The position numbers were made by a program, and so were the translations under genes. From Azolla caroliniana (Eukaryota; Plantae; Polypodiophyta), in the NCBI GenBank assembly GCA_043228905.1, contig JBHGNT010000002.1, positions 8,680,001-8,744,000 on the forward strand: DNA of 64,000 nt, in the 5' to 3' direction. Shown piece by piece: positions 1 to 12,671 of this stretch. Below the pieces are notes generated by a model that made no database searches, was not told the origin of the DNA, and saw only the letters and a program-made list of their open reading frames with translations. Position 1 is the first letter of the stretch. Each line of letters begins with the position of its first letter.

Positions 1-188
1 TTTATATAGTCATTCTCTCTCTTCATTAACTACAAGACTGATGCAGCATGGGGAATGTGAAAGCTCATAAGTTATGTGTCATAGAATATGATTCTATGAC
101 TCATACTAAATGCTAGAATACAAAGAGGTGACTCTTGACCGTTGGAGTGTCTATTCACTCTCAAGGTGAGTTCACACACTAGACCAAG

Positions 189-740
189 TTGACCTTGATT
201 CTCAATAGGGATGACAAGCTCCAGAGTGCATTATGGGCGTATTGCACCACATTCAAAACTAGCATTCAGTCTACACCCTTTCAGATGGCCTTTGGTTTGG
301 AAGCAGTCATGCCGATCGAGTTCCAAGTTCCGAGTCTCCGAGTTGAGGTTAAGGAAAGGCTACCCGAGGCCCAATCAGAGCAATATTGGTTTGAACAACT
401 CCTCGAACTCGGCAAACAACGAGTGGCCAGCATGGCTCACCTGGAACAATGCCAACGACAACGCAAAGCTTTCGTCGATCGACACTGGAAGGGTACGGAA
501 AAAGCATTTACCATCGGCAAACCGGTGCTGGTCTTCCAAACACGACTCGGTGTTATGCCAAGGAAATTACGATTTCGATGGACAGGCCCCTTCTGGATAA
601 TTGACGATTTTAACGGCACATTCCAACTCGGCAAACTTGCCGGAGACATCGTCAAGAGCTGGGTAAATGGCTTCCGACTTCGACCTTACCACGAGACGAC
701 TCCAATTAATCCTTTCAGCGAGACCGATGGCAAGGACTAG
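189..740 (+). pseudogene. Ty3/gypsy integrase C-terminal fragment
   Basis: DKLQSALWAY..TPFQMAFGLEAVMPIEF..KLRFRWTGPF..VNGFRLRPY, nearly collinear with 44750-45278. The upstream part is missing. Confidence 0.9.
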
Positions 741-1237
741 TTCACGGATGACACCTCAAAGGAGGTCGCGTGGCCCCATCGGTAAAATAATGACCTACCC
801 ACCAAATGTATATAGTAGGAATGGTTTTTAGCAGTTAAATTAGCGTTACCTAAAACTACCCAACTAGTCACGAGATTTTCTTAGGCGCATCAACTAGTTA
901 CATTCACTTTAAAATAGAATATTTAAGGAGCATGCACACTAGACATAGCACTCCTGGGACGCGTGGCCATAATACCTTATTATGGCAGCCACGACAAAGA
1001 ATCTCAAGGATCTTCTCCCTGCACAAAACCCTAGGTAGTCACATAAAAGAAACTACCCCACACACAACGCACCCACTCACACAGACGCGTTCTTGCCTTC
1101 ACCGCCTGCAAGCTCCCAAGCTCGCTCTCGTTCTCATCGCCCCTACAAACCGTCCTCCTCTCACCCTTGTAGCCCTTGCACAGAACAACAATGTTCTTCC
1201 AACTCTCTGTCTCGCCCTCGTCTCATCGCTGCACCCC

Positions 1238-4200
1238 ATGCCTCTTGTCAGCAAACCTTCGCATCCATCATGCCTCTCGCAGCATCATAGGAAAGCCATT
1301 CTTGGATACAACAACGAGGATTGGGTGGGTACTTACGGGTCATCGACGCCCCAACGCACCCTCACGCCCCAGCGATAGCACGCAGAATCCACCCTGACAC
1401 AGTATCCAACAACATGATTTGCGTGGGTCTAGACCTTGTGCGGGACGGAGACCACGAGGTCGAAATCCCTCCCCACTCGATCCTCAAGGAATATTTTGGG
1501 ATGTATTCGATGTCGGGTAAAGCTTACCGCACTTACGGAGGGCCAAACAAAGCTTTTGGGGAGATCGCTCGGATTTTGATGGAATACGCCATTGTGCATA
1601 CAAATCCCACGAGTATGCCATAGAACAAAGTTGCCATCATCATCCGAGCATATGAAGGAGACAAAATCGATTGGGGAATCATCACCGGCGAAGGAGTCCA
1701 TGCGGCGCTCGAATCTTTTCAAACCGGTAAGCGCTTGTTGCATGTGATTAATCACTTCCTCACAGTCCTCTACCCACCTCCTTCGGTTTCCCCTCATCGC
1801 ATCCTTACCTCCCCACCACCACCATGGAAACAACGAGAGAAGATTTTGGCGTTAACCCAGGAAGAATGGGAAGACCCCTCGCCTTCTCCACCTCCCTCGG
1901 CCGTTCGGAACCCTACTTCCGCCTCGGCACCACCCCTACCAAGAACACATAAACAACGGGCGTTAACAACGACCCGTGTCGAATGGGACGAAGCCGAGGA
2001 GCCCATCACGGAGGATGTCACCATACGCCAGAAAACACCAAGGACATCGATGCCCTTTCCACAACCGAGCCCATGCCCCACAAGCCAGCAGCCCTCGGGC
2101 ATACAACAACAAAAGCGGAAACAAGCCGAGGAGCCCACACCACCAGCCCCAGACTCACAGGATCAGCCGCCAAAAAGATGCTGCATCATTCGAGAGTCCA
2201 CAATAGAAACCGAGGGCACCCATCATCAGAAATCAAAAGAGGCCAACCCGACCTCCACGGCCATGGTACTAGTGGAGTCATGGCTCAAGTAAGTAGGATC
2301 GAGCATGGACAAACCACGCAGATATCAGAGGAGGAAGTCCTCGGTTACAAAGATCTCCTTGCGGAGGCATACGAGTTCAGTGCACTACTTCGACTGGGCA
2401 CAACATATGAGTTAATGGATTTCCTCGCGCACGCCCAAGTAGCTGTCGTTGCTCGTATGGCCAAGGAGCACGTGGAAACAAAGATGATCCAACACGCTCT
2501 AATGGGAGAAATTGAACCTCACGAGGATCGAGCCTTACAAAAGATAGGGTGGAAGAAGCAAGCACAAAATGCTTCTCTCCTCATGGAGCTACCAGATCTG
2601 AACACAACCTTAGTCAAGGCATATCGAAATCTGCACCACACTACTCGGGCAACCAAGGACATGGCCCAACGTATCAAAACGGCACATCAACAAGCCAAAA
2701 GGGTTACCGAGCTATGGAAAGCCGCCGAGGAGAAACTGGCATCATTCAAGTAGCAACATCCAGAACAACCGCCCTTAAGCCTCCCTGCGCCGAGTGACGA
2801 TGTCTCACCAGCCACTCTTCCGAACCTGAGCCTGCGCGTTGTGGGTACTAAAGCACACAAAGACGACACAACTCACCTAAGGGTAGCCACGGTCGATGCC
2901 AGCACAATGACAGAATTGGTATAGACAAGCGAGCCTTTGTCACGAGCAAATATAAGCCCGCACACTCAAACCAGCCACGCCTCCACGCAAACGCCACCAC
3001 CACCTATCATCATGGAACGATCGACACAGACGGATAGGGAACCCCCTCCCCGAATCCAGCAAACAGCAACCCAAATAGGGCCTCCCCTCCGGGACTACCA
3101 AGAGGAGCTTAAGGCCCAGATCGCTCTAGCTGAGTTAGCAGAACAGAACCACAACAACATTCTTGGCCAACTATGGGAACAAGCCGCGGGCCGTGAAGCT
3201 GACCTCAAGCGACTGATTGCTGAAAGCTCGGCCGCACTCAAAGAACAAGAAAGAGAGGTAATGACCCTTCAAGTCTCTATCACGGAGGCCAAAGAACGTT
3301 TCATCAATGAAGCAGAGCGGAATGGCCATTGGGAACACGAGCTCTTCGCAGAAAACTAGGAATTACGATGTCACCAAAGGGCATTACAAGAATTGGCAAA
3401 TGAACACATGCAGAAATGGAGGATCTCGGAAGAGCAAAGGGAAAAAATTTCTGATGCGTATCACCAATTGCAAACAGAGCACATCGCCGCTAGAGAATGA
3501 CATCGGGAGGCTTGGAGACAGGACATGGACGAAACTGTAGCTCAGCTCACCAAACATTATGAGCAAACAATCGCGCTCATCACCGAAAAAGCAAAAGATA
3601 ATCAAGCTACTTTAGCGCAAAAGCCAAGAAGAAGCCAAGGCCGCAAGGGAGGAAGTGGAAGTTCACCGAGCTAGCATCGGCATGGACGATACTAAAATCA
3701 AGATCCTGATCAACAAGTATCGCCAGCAATTTACCAAGACAATCGAGGAAACGCTTGACCATGTCTAGCAGGAGTGGTCAACCCAAGCCGCGGACCTACA
3801 TATACTACACGCGAATGCTGAGAACTGACGGAAAGAGGGCCGAGGGTTTTACAAGATGGATGACACCAACATCCAGACCCTCCGTGAAGACTTGACTGAG
3901 GAATATCCTACCTTAGCAGCATCCCACACCGCAACCATCGAGCAACTTTTAGAGGAATTCAATGACGATCTAATGGTGTTTCGCTTAGAAGCCGAAGCTT
4001 ACAAGGAGGAACGCCTTGCTACCGGGATTAACAGAGCTCCCACGACCAACGAGCAAGGACCCGAGCCACCCACCACGGAAGCCAGACCGGAGGAACCTGC
4101 CCCTAGAGATCCCCACATCCAACCCGAGCCACAAACTACAACCACGACCCTGCCTGAATCGGTACCAACAGAGGGTGGCACACACGACGACACAGCCATC

Positions 4201-4302
4201 CCCGAATCGACAACAAAACCTCCCTCACCAACCCCACCTTCTGAGCAGCTAGACCAACCTCGCGCCCCCAAGGATATCCTCGACATATTAGAAGAGGAGT
4301 AA
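1238..4302 (+). pseudogene. Decayed extra ORF (ORF3) of element A, coiled-coil rich
   Basis: Fragments (1321-1623, 1735-2292, 1983-2753, 2937-3359, 3856-4302) align by eye to ORF 45446-48040, e.g. GYKDLLAEAYEFSALLRLGTTYELMDFLA vs GYLDIPPVAHELAAILQFGTSYELVEWLA. Many stops and frameshifts. Start approximate. Confidence 0.8.
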
Positions 4303-4389
4303 AACAAACCTATTAGCCCTTGTATAAACGGGCAATTTTTGTAATTTGTTTTGTTTGCCAAATCCATGGTTACCCCTCCACATTGTGAA

Positions 4390-4431
4390 CCGTGGGTTTG
4401 ACGGACAAGGTCCTGTCCCATGGGCGTGCCA
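4390..4431 (+). other. tRNA-3'-half-like hairpin ending in CCA at the PPT position (inverted PBS)
   Basis: CCGTGGGTTTG-ACGGACAAGGTCCT-GTCCCATGGGCGTGCCA, then GG, then the LTR TG at 4434. No purine tract is present. Confidence 0.75.
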
Positions 4432-4433
4432 GG

Positions 4434-4851
4434 TGTTGTCCATAGGCCAGAAATATAAATAGATTATGTAAACTCGCCATTAGGTAGAAGAGTAGGTGAG
4501 GAAATAGGTAAAACTAGAGGTAGTCGAGTTTTAGCCCTCACAATCAGCCGATGGCTCGGGTCTGTCTCAAGAAGAAAACTATATAACCCGAGTTATGCAT
4601 ACCTCCAAGAAGGAGTTTTTTCTAGATCATTTTAGGGAGATTAATATCGTAGCACCGAGCTCTGCACGAACTGTTTCGGCCGAGAGCCATGTACTGTAAT
4701 CACTGCGAGCTTATCAATTAATATAAGTTTCGCTCTTACTATTCTTTTATCTGTGTATTCTCCCGTACTCGTAAACCAAGCTCCGTTTATACCTAACAGG
4801 TGTAGCCATGTATGCTCCTTGTAATCCTGTAGAAGAGGCTTCCACATAACA
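4434..4851 (+). repeat. 3' LTR of element A
   Basis: Starts TGTTG and ends TAACA, in the same position relative to the motif as the verified LTR at 48085. The partner LTR is not in the window, so the end is inferred. Confidence 0.65.
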
Positions 4852-5004
4852 CAATCCCTTGATACCGATAGCCTGTGGGCTCATCGAAGGTGTTTCCCTA
4901 GAAATGGTTAACACAACATGTGTCACACTTAGTGGCTTAGTGGCACATGTAAACTAGTACTACCCGACAAGAAGGATAAGCGTCGGATAGAAGACTTCGA
5001 GAAG

Positions 5005-6995
5005 ATGCTGAAAGAAGAAAACATAATAGAAGAAGAAGAGATCGTGACTCATATTATGGAAGAAGCCTCATTTAATGTCACCATCGGCGAAATCGAGGAA
5101 GTCGTGGACTTGAACTATCTACACGATCATCGCATGATTTCGGTTAGCTCCATTAACATGTACGCTATCATCGATGAATACCATCATGGTATCTTAATGG
5201 AGGAAGCTGAAGACAACACAAAATATAAAACGGTGGATAAGAAGATCAAGCCAGTTGCGGTTCCGCTACCGGAAGATAGCTGGCAAAAGATGAAGGAAGT
5301 CGCTAACGATCCAAACTTAAGAGATCTGAAGACAATAGGTCATGTCTTCTCTGAAGAGACAACGGGAATGCTACGAGTTGGAAGGGAGGATTTCCTCCTC
5401 CTTGAAGAAGAGCGAATGTTTCGTTTCGCAACATGCTTGAGAGACATGGGAAGGCTTTCACATTTTTCCCACAAGAAATCGGATGTGTTGATCCAAGGAC
5501 GATAGAGCTGATGGTGATCTTCACAGTGCTGCACGTACCTTGGAATTTGAAACCGATACTGGTTCCGAGAGCACACCTACCGAAGTTGATTGAGCTCTTA
5601 AAGGAGAAGGTGAATATGGGAATTCTGGAACCATCGAATGCTCCTTACTCTAATAGGTGGTTCACGGTGGCGAAGAAGAATGGATCATTGTGATTCATCC
5701 AAGATCTTCAACCCGTCAACAAGGTGACAATTCAGAATGCTGGAATCGGTCCGAGCATGGACGAATTTGCCGAAGCGTTTGCGGGGTGGTCATCTACTCC
5801 ATTGGCAATCTCTACCCTTGATACGACTAATTCCAATTGGCGATCGACAGTCGTGACATTACAACCATGAGGACTACGATCGGGCTCGTGCGGATGTGCA
5901 CCTTACCTCAAGGTGCAACGAACTCGGTGGCACATATGGTGAATGCCATGAACAAGGTCTTGAAGGATTGCATCCCAGACATCACGATGCCGTTCTTGGA
6001 TGATATTCCAATAAAAGGATGTTTGGATGAGGAGAAAGATGAATCGAAAGATAAGGAAGGGTGTAGAAAGTTCGTCGCGGATCATATGAAAGATTGTGAG
6101 AAGGTGCTCCAAAGGCTCGAAGATGCGAATTTGACATTTTCGGGAGAAAAATCTGCATTTGGGAAACCAGAGATCTTGGTGGTAGGTCACTTGTGCGGAG
6201 CATATGGCCGGAAACCTTCGCCATCTAAGGTGAACGCGATCCAGGATATGAAAGAAGAACGTGTAAACCAAACGGAGGTTCGAAGGTTCCTTGGAGCATG
6301 CGCGTTTTATCATATCTGGATTCCGCACTACACCCATGTCGTCGAGCCTTTATATGGATTGCTAAAGAAAAGAATGAAGTTTGAATGGTGAGACGAGCAC
6401 ACAAACGCGATGCGAAGATTGAAGAAACTACTTCTTGAAGCTCCAGCACTAAGAAAGGCCGACTATACTGAAGGGAAGCCGATTTATGCGACTGTAGATA
6501 CGAACCCAACCGGAATCGGGTGGGTCATCAACCAAAAAGGAGAAGATAATGCGCGGTATTCCATCCGGTTCGGAGGAAAGGATACGCCCAAGATACGCCC
6601 AAGTCAAGCAAGAACTTTGGGGTATTGTGTCAGTAGTGAAGATGGACAAAGACTACCTGATCGGGTCGGAAGTAATAATTGAGACAGATTGTCTCCCAAT
6701 CCTCGGGATGATCTCAGGATGCGTGACACCAGATATAGCTATGCTAAGGTGAATCGGCTATATCAAGTCTTTAAACCCAGACATCTGCCATATTGCAAGG
6801 AAGAAGTACAGCTTGCCTGACATGCTATCGAGGGAAATATTTGAGAATGAAGGTGACATGGTTTCAGAAGATGAAGATGTCACCCTCGACTTCTTCAAGA
6901 TGGCTCGACTATCGGCGGAAGACAAGGGCACGCTAACCCTCCACGCCTTCAACAAAGATGAGTACGAAGGGGAGTGGTTACTAATTGGCAGATTC
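5005..6995 (+). pseudogene. Fragmented pol (RT + RNase H) of a different Ty3/gypsy lineage
   Basis: KYKTVDKKIKPV, HVPWNLKPI, SNAPYSNRWFTVAKKNG, LPQGATNS, FLDDIPIKG, and RNase H VDTNPTGIG..ELWGI..IETDC. Multiple stops and frameshifts. Confidence 0.85.
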
Positions 6996-7760
6996 CGGCC
7001 ATAGTACCAACATCCCGTTGCGGTTTTTTCTTGCCAGCTTCCGGCACCACTTTAACTCCTGCTTGTCGAGGGTCTGAAAATGTTGTTTGCACCATCATTG
7101 TGCATCCGAATTTGCTCTTGCTGGTCGTTTCCATCGCGTGTTGGTCCGCCTCTTCGACCATGACCACGGGGATGATCCACCTCCATTTACAACATCTTGT
7201 TGTCGGTGTGCGAGCTCGTTGACACAAGATTCTTTGTGATTGTCGGGATGTGCAGGTTCATAATCTTTCCCTTCTGTCCAACATGGTTGAGGGGAACCTC
7301 ATCGATGTGCTTGATTTGCGGGGTGTCGTCTCCGGTTTCGAGCACCCCTGGTTGTTCCGTGTTTTCTAGATAAGAAAACCACTCCGCGTGGCTTGTCATA
7401 TGCTTTGACGGTCTGGAATCAAGATACCATACCTCATTTGGTTTCAAGGTCCTTGTCTTCATCGAATTGGCCTTGTGTTTCATCACAAAGGCTGGGCCCG
7501 ATCCATCTCCGGAACCGGATCCTTCCGGTTTGTCAGCGTAGTGCGAGCGTTGCCGGTTTCCCCAATCGGCCTTGCCGGATCCAGATTTGTTTGAATCGGC
7601 ATGCTTCTTCTCGCACTCGCTCTCCCTGTGGCCCTTCCGGCCATAGTACCAACATTCAATTGCGGTTTTCTCTTGCCGGTTTCCGGCACCGCTTTGACTC
7701 CTGCTTGTCGAGGGTTTGAAAATGTTGTTTGCACCATCATTGTGCATCCAAATTTGCTCT
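6996..7760 (-). pseudogene. Ty1/copia gag zinc-knuckle/protease fragments, partly duplicated
   Basis: ECWYYGRKGHRESEC knuckle and WYLDS protease motif, homologous to 55400-55900. Segment 6996-7120 repeats 7637-7760. Confidence 0.8.
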
Positions 7761-8149
7761 TGTAGAAAGTAGCGTGCGGAAGCAAGTATGAAGACAGAAC
7801 AGAGGAAGGAAACTCAGGTTCAATGGAGAGCTTAAGCTTACACGGTATACGCGGGAGAGACAGAGAGAGAAACACAAAAAACTATATTCAACAATAATAC
7901 TCAATCTCTGTGTACATAAGACGTGCTCAGTGAGCACTTTTATACAAGCCCTAGAAGGACTGACGGAAGTACTGACAGTACTTCAATGCTCATCAAGAGC
8001 CCCTACACTACCTCCCAAATATATTCCTCACGGAATATCTTTCCTAACGACCTCCCGGTTTACGCACTCGGCCTAACCGATCGGTCCCAACCGATCTGGT
8101 TCTCGGCTTCTTCAGCCAATCCGGCCGATGTTGAGCTTGTCTCTCAACA
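7761..8149 (-). repeat. copia 3' LTR
   Basis: On the minus strand it begins TGTTGAGAGACAAGCTC (as at 54185 and 59494) straight after the PPT and ends in CA. Confidence 0.8.
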
Positions 8150-10143
8150 CTCCCCCTCAAGCTCAACTCGAGGCTCTTCGGGATCCTCGGGCTCACAGCT
8201 CCGGTTCCTCCTGGCTTCACGCCTCGCTCGCGCTCCTCGACCTGTTCGACTCCGCGCGCTTCGACCCTTCCGGTCGGCTTGTATGCTCATGTAGCCCTCA
8301 TCTGCTCTTCTGTTGTTGCGGTGTTGACGCTTCTTCTGCTGCCTTTTCTTCCGCTTGGGCCTCGGTTGATTCAGCGTATCTGAATCAATCATCCGAACTG
8401 ACTCGGCTACCTTCGATCGGTTTTCGCTCTCGTCCGAGTTGGCTGTCTCCAACTCGTCTTCGGTCTTCTCGCCCTCGATGGCGTCATCTTCCCCATGCGT
8501 GGTTGGCTTCGGCTCTCTCCTTCGGTTGCTCCCCTTCTGTCCTCTTCCGAACTTTTCCGCGGGTCCGCCCTCGGCTTCTTCAGCCGATCCGTCTTCAACC
8601 AAGTCAACAAAGGAGTCAACAGACTCGGTGTCATGGTCACCGCTCCTTTCCTGCTACCTTGCTTGGTCGTTCGGGACTGTTCTCCCCCTCAAGTTCGGCA
8701 CGTCGAGGTGACGCAACCCGAGCGCACTTGAGAATTGCCGCAACTTGTCCAGACCAAGAGGCTTTGTGAAGATGTCGGCAGTCTGCCGATCCGTCGGAAC
8801 GTACTGAAGTTCGACTTCACCAGAAAGGACACGCTCACGGACGAAATGGTAATGCACCTCAATGTGCTTGGACCGTGCGTGAAAGACGGGGTTCTTCGCG
8901 AGTTGGATGCTGCTGAGGTTGTCGCAGTAGATCGTCGTTGGATCAGACACCTCCTCTTGCAGGTCCTTAAGTAGCCGCTTCAACCATATGGCTTCGCATG
9001 TCGCGACAGCCGCTCCTCGGTACTCAGCTTCGGTGCTCGATAGTGCAATTGTCGGCTACTTCTTACTGCTCCACGCGATCGTGGCACTCCCGAGGGAGAA
9101 CGCGTATCCAGACGTGGATCGGCGATCGGCGGCATTGCCAACCCAATCAGCATCGGTGTAGCCGACTAACTGCGTGGCTGCACCGGTTTGATATAGCAGT
9201 CCTCGGTCCTTAGTGCCGTTGACATACCGAAGTATGCGTTGCGCACACTGAAGGTGCTCCTCGGTAGGTCGCGCCATGAACTGACTGTTCACCCCGACCG
9301 GATAACTGAGGTCGGGTCGGGTGATAGTCAAGTATATAAGGCTTTCGACAATTTGTTGAAACCTCGTCGGGTCGAATACCTTTCCCGTATCGGGACGAAG
9401 CTTGACGGTTCTGTCCAGAGGAGTCGAGACGGACTTACAGTCGGCCATCCCGAGCTTGAAGAGCATACTCAGCACGTAATGACATTGGCTGATCAATATG
9501 CCTTCGGGGGTACGGATCACTTCGATCTCGAGGAAGTAATGAAGGTCCCCCAGATCCTTCATGTCGAACGATGCCACAATCTGGAGCTTCACGCGGTCGA
9601 TTTCACCGAGGTCGGCGCCGGTGATGACCAAGTCATCAACATATAGTAATATACTAACCGGTCCGAGTCGACCTTTCCGGATGAACAGGGAAGAGTCCGA
9701 TTTTGAAGTGACGAAGCCCATCCGACGTAGTTGTTGCTTGATCTTCGCGTTCCAGGCACGCGGGGCTTGCTTCAGTCCATAAAGGAACTTCTTCAGTCGG
9801 CATACTGCCGAGGAGTTCGTTCCAGAGTGAAATCCGGGGGGTTGTACCATGTACACTTGTTCCTCAAGGTCACCTTACAGGAACGCATTCTTTACATCCA
9901 TTTGATGTAAGTGCCACCCCTTGGCCGCGGCTACTGCCAGCAAAACACGAACGGCGCAAACGTCTCATCGTAGTCGATGCCGTGTTTCTGCGCGTAGCCC
10001 CTTGCCACTAGCCGAGCCTTGTACCGGTTGACCGAGCCATCGGTGTTGTACTTGACTTTGTACACCCATCTACACCCGATCGGCTTCACACCCTTCGGTG
10101 CGTCAACCAGGTCCCAGGTCTCGTTCTCCGCCAATGCGTGCAT
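7761..10143 (-). mobile_element. 3' half of a Ty1/copia element (RT, RNase H, PPT, 3' LTR); 5'-truncated; same family as 54185-59910
   Basis: RT motifs ETWDLV..YKARLVA, LYGLKQAPRAW, YVDDL; RNase H TDADW..CDN..HIEVHYHF. PPT GAGGGGGAG on the minus strand at about 8150-8158. Confidence 0.92.
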
Positions 10144-10679
10144 ATGAATCTAGGGCTTGGAGAGCCTTGAACTCGTGTCAAGAATCCTAAACAATAAATG
10201 TCATTCAGTACTTTATATAAAAAAAAGAAAAAAGAAAAAGGAAATTAGATACAATTTTTGAAAGAAGTAAAAAAAATAGAGAAAAAACTTTTGGGGGAGA
10301 ATTTTTTAATGTTTCCTCTGTCTTTGCATCCTCTCTTTTTTTTCTTTTGGTGAAAACACACAATTATATTAATAAATGTGTGTAAAAAACACTACTTACA
10401 ATGGGTGTGACAATGGAATATGGTCACCCACTAACTACACTACATGGGTAGTATAGTCATCAATAGGCAAGATGAACACTCTACCGAGGAAAGAATTTCC
10501 ACTTGCTCCAATAAAGAAATTTTCCACATTAGTAGTTCCTTCAACTTTCGTAGTATTCTTTCAATCCATGTCTACCATCGCATACAAAAGTGTTGCACAT
10601 ATTCCAATTATGATGCAATCCCCAATATCTCAAAAATAGAAAAACGATCTCCATCTCCAATTTTTGGTCAACCTATGTA

Positions 10680-11530
10680 AATTGTGCAAACGCCCACTGT
10701 CTAGGTGTCAAATAACACAATGATAAAACTTGCCAAATTTGAGAAATGGTATTCCAAATCTGACAAGCAATCGGGCATTGCATATTAAATCGATGAGTAC
10801 TATCTTCCGTTTGAACAAAGCAAAAGAAAACAATTACCCTTTGTTAATCCACGACACTATAGAACTAATCCCAAAGGCAATCCTCCAATCAAAACTCTCC
10901 AAATGAAGACCTTTGCTACAAGTGCCAATTTAGAATGCCAACTACATTGTAAGATCCGCCACCACCCATTATCAAATTTGTGTAATCTCCATTCTTCTTT
11001 AGCCTTAGATGATAACCATCCAAGAGACTCAACAAAGCAATGATACAAAAGATTAGTAGTCACTTGTAATAATGACGTTTGACCCTTTAAACACCAATCA
11101 ATCCACAGTTGTTCTCCTGTTTGTAGAGGTAAGGGACCTTCCATCAATACAATATTTTGTAGGTGTTGCCAAATAAACCCATAATTAGGTGAAATGCATA
11201 ATAATTGTTGTGCTTCAACAAACTCCAAAATTCTTTGAGATGGAGCCTCAACTATATCTCCCACCTCTTTGACCCCCAAATAAAACAAACGATTAAATTA
11301 AGAGCGCAATCTCTCCTTTCCTAGCCAACATAATAATCGAGAAGGCACAAGCAACTCTTTTTGTAAAGAATTACAATCCTCTCTACTCGATGATAGTTTC
11401 CATACACAGAACAAGAGTGCTTCTTGCCATGAGGTAACCAAGTGTTGAGCACATGTAGAGCCCGAAATCCTAAGTGAAATACATCCATTCAATAATTGCC
11501 ACCATGAAGCCTTAATCGTTGTCCTCCCAT
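10680..11530 (-). pseudogene. Degenerate LINE (non-LTR) ORF2 3' fragment, zf-RVT-like region
   Basis: WRILQCSWHSKLALVAKVFIWRVLIGGLPL resembles the W..lW....P.K.K.F.WR...LP motif of plant L1 zf-RVT. Boundaries approximate. Confidence 0.6.
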
Positions 11531-11691
11531 GTGTTAAACCCTGGTTCTCAATGAAATATTGAAGAATAGATATCCATGGTTGTGATATGCATCCTCTCTC
11601 TCTCCCTCCCTCCCTCCCCCTCCCTCTCTCTCTACGTGTGTGCTTTCTTCTCCATAGCCAGAAGCAGAGCCAAAGGCATAGCCATAGCAGT

Positions 11692-11728
11692 AGAAGAAGA
11701 AGAAGAAGAAGAAGAAGAAGAAGAAGAA
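11692..11728 (+). repeat. (GAA)n microsatellite
   Basis: Direct reading, about 12 units. Confidence 0.95.
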
Positions 11729-12626
11729 CAAGAAGAGGGAATATGATCTCTCTCTCTCTTGGATGGCTTCATGTGCAGGCTTCCTCTCGTGTTTCCGACT
11801 CTAAAGCCTGCTACTCTATAGCATCCTTCACAATGGGCATCACATTATGTGAAGAGTCTCTTCTAGCACAAGAGGAGGTTGTGCTTGAAGATAACTCTCT
11901 CTCACGCATACTCTCTCTTTCTATCTGGTACACACACACACACTCAATCATACGTGTCCATTTAATAGTCTTTAGTTATTAGCAAACGACATCAAATATG
12001 TGTATCGTGTTTAGTTGTAAGCTGTATTGATGCAATGCTTTATTAAATAATCAAAAATTTCTTCCTAGAATAGCTCTAGAACGCACCACAATAAGACAAT
12101 GTCTAGATCATTTGGATGATTCAGTTTTAATGATCTGCAAATGACATCAATATGTGTATTTCTCTTAAGTTGTGAGATGTATTGTTGTAGTTCTTCCAAA
12201 ATCACTCCATTTGCTTTCTAGAATAACTCTTGAATCTCCCCCGCATTGCTAGTATAGATTGAATCCAATCACAAATAACTTCATACAAACAGCAAGACCA
12301 AACTGAAAATGTTGATGTTGTGTTGTCAATTTCATCACTAACAACTAGAAGCCTTCTTCCACTACATTAATGGACATTAAAATAATGTTCATTGACATCC
12401 CTTTTCTAATGCCAATCTTGTGAGATAATAAACATGTGACAAATTGGTAGGGCTTTAATGAATTAAATAGTTTTTACTCTATGTCCATATGTGAGCCTTC
12501 TTTCCTTTTTTTACTTTTTTCAAAATTTGTATCCATACTCTCAGTTTCTCTCTCTGATACGCACACTCAATCATACGAGTTCAAGGCCGTCCAAGCCCTA
12601 GATTCACAGGCTTTCACTTTTTAAGC

Positions 12627-12630
<4 letters not shown>

Positions 12631-12667
<37 letters not shown>

Positions 12668-12671
12668 TGTG
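12631..12671 (+). repeat. (GT)n microsatellite
   Basis: Direct reading. Confidence 0.95.

Larger units (their letters stand above)
189..4851 (+). mobile_element. 3' half of a decayed non-chromovirus Ty3/gypsy LTR retrotransposon (element A; same lineage as 39272-48541)
   Basis: Integrase C-terminus, decayed extra ORF, tRNA-like motif and LTR occur in the same order as in 39272-48541, with clear protein homology. Confidence 0.85.

Noticed and set aside
1-188. Possible end of another LTR
   Set aside because: No partner or diagnostic motif within the window.
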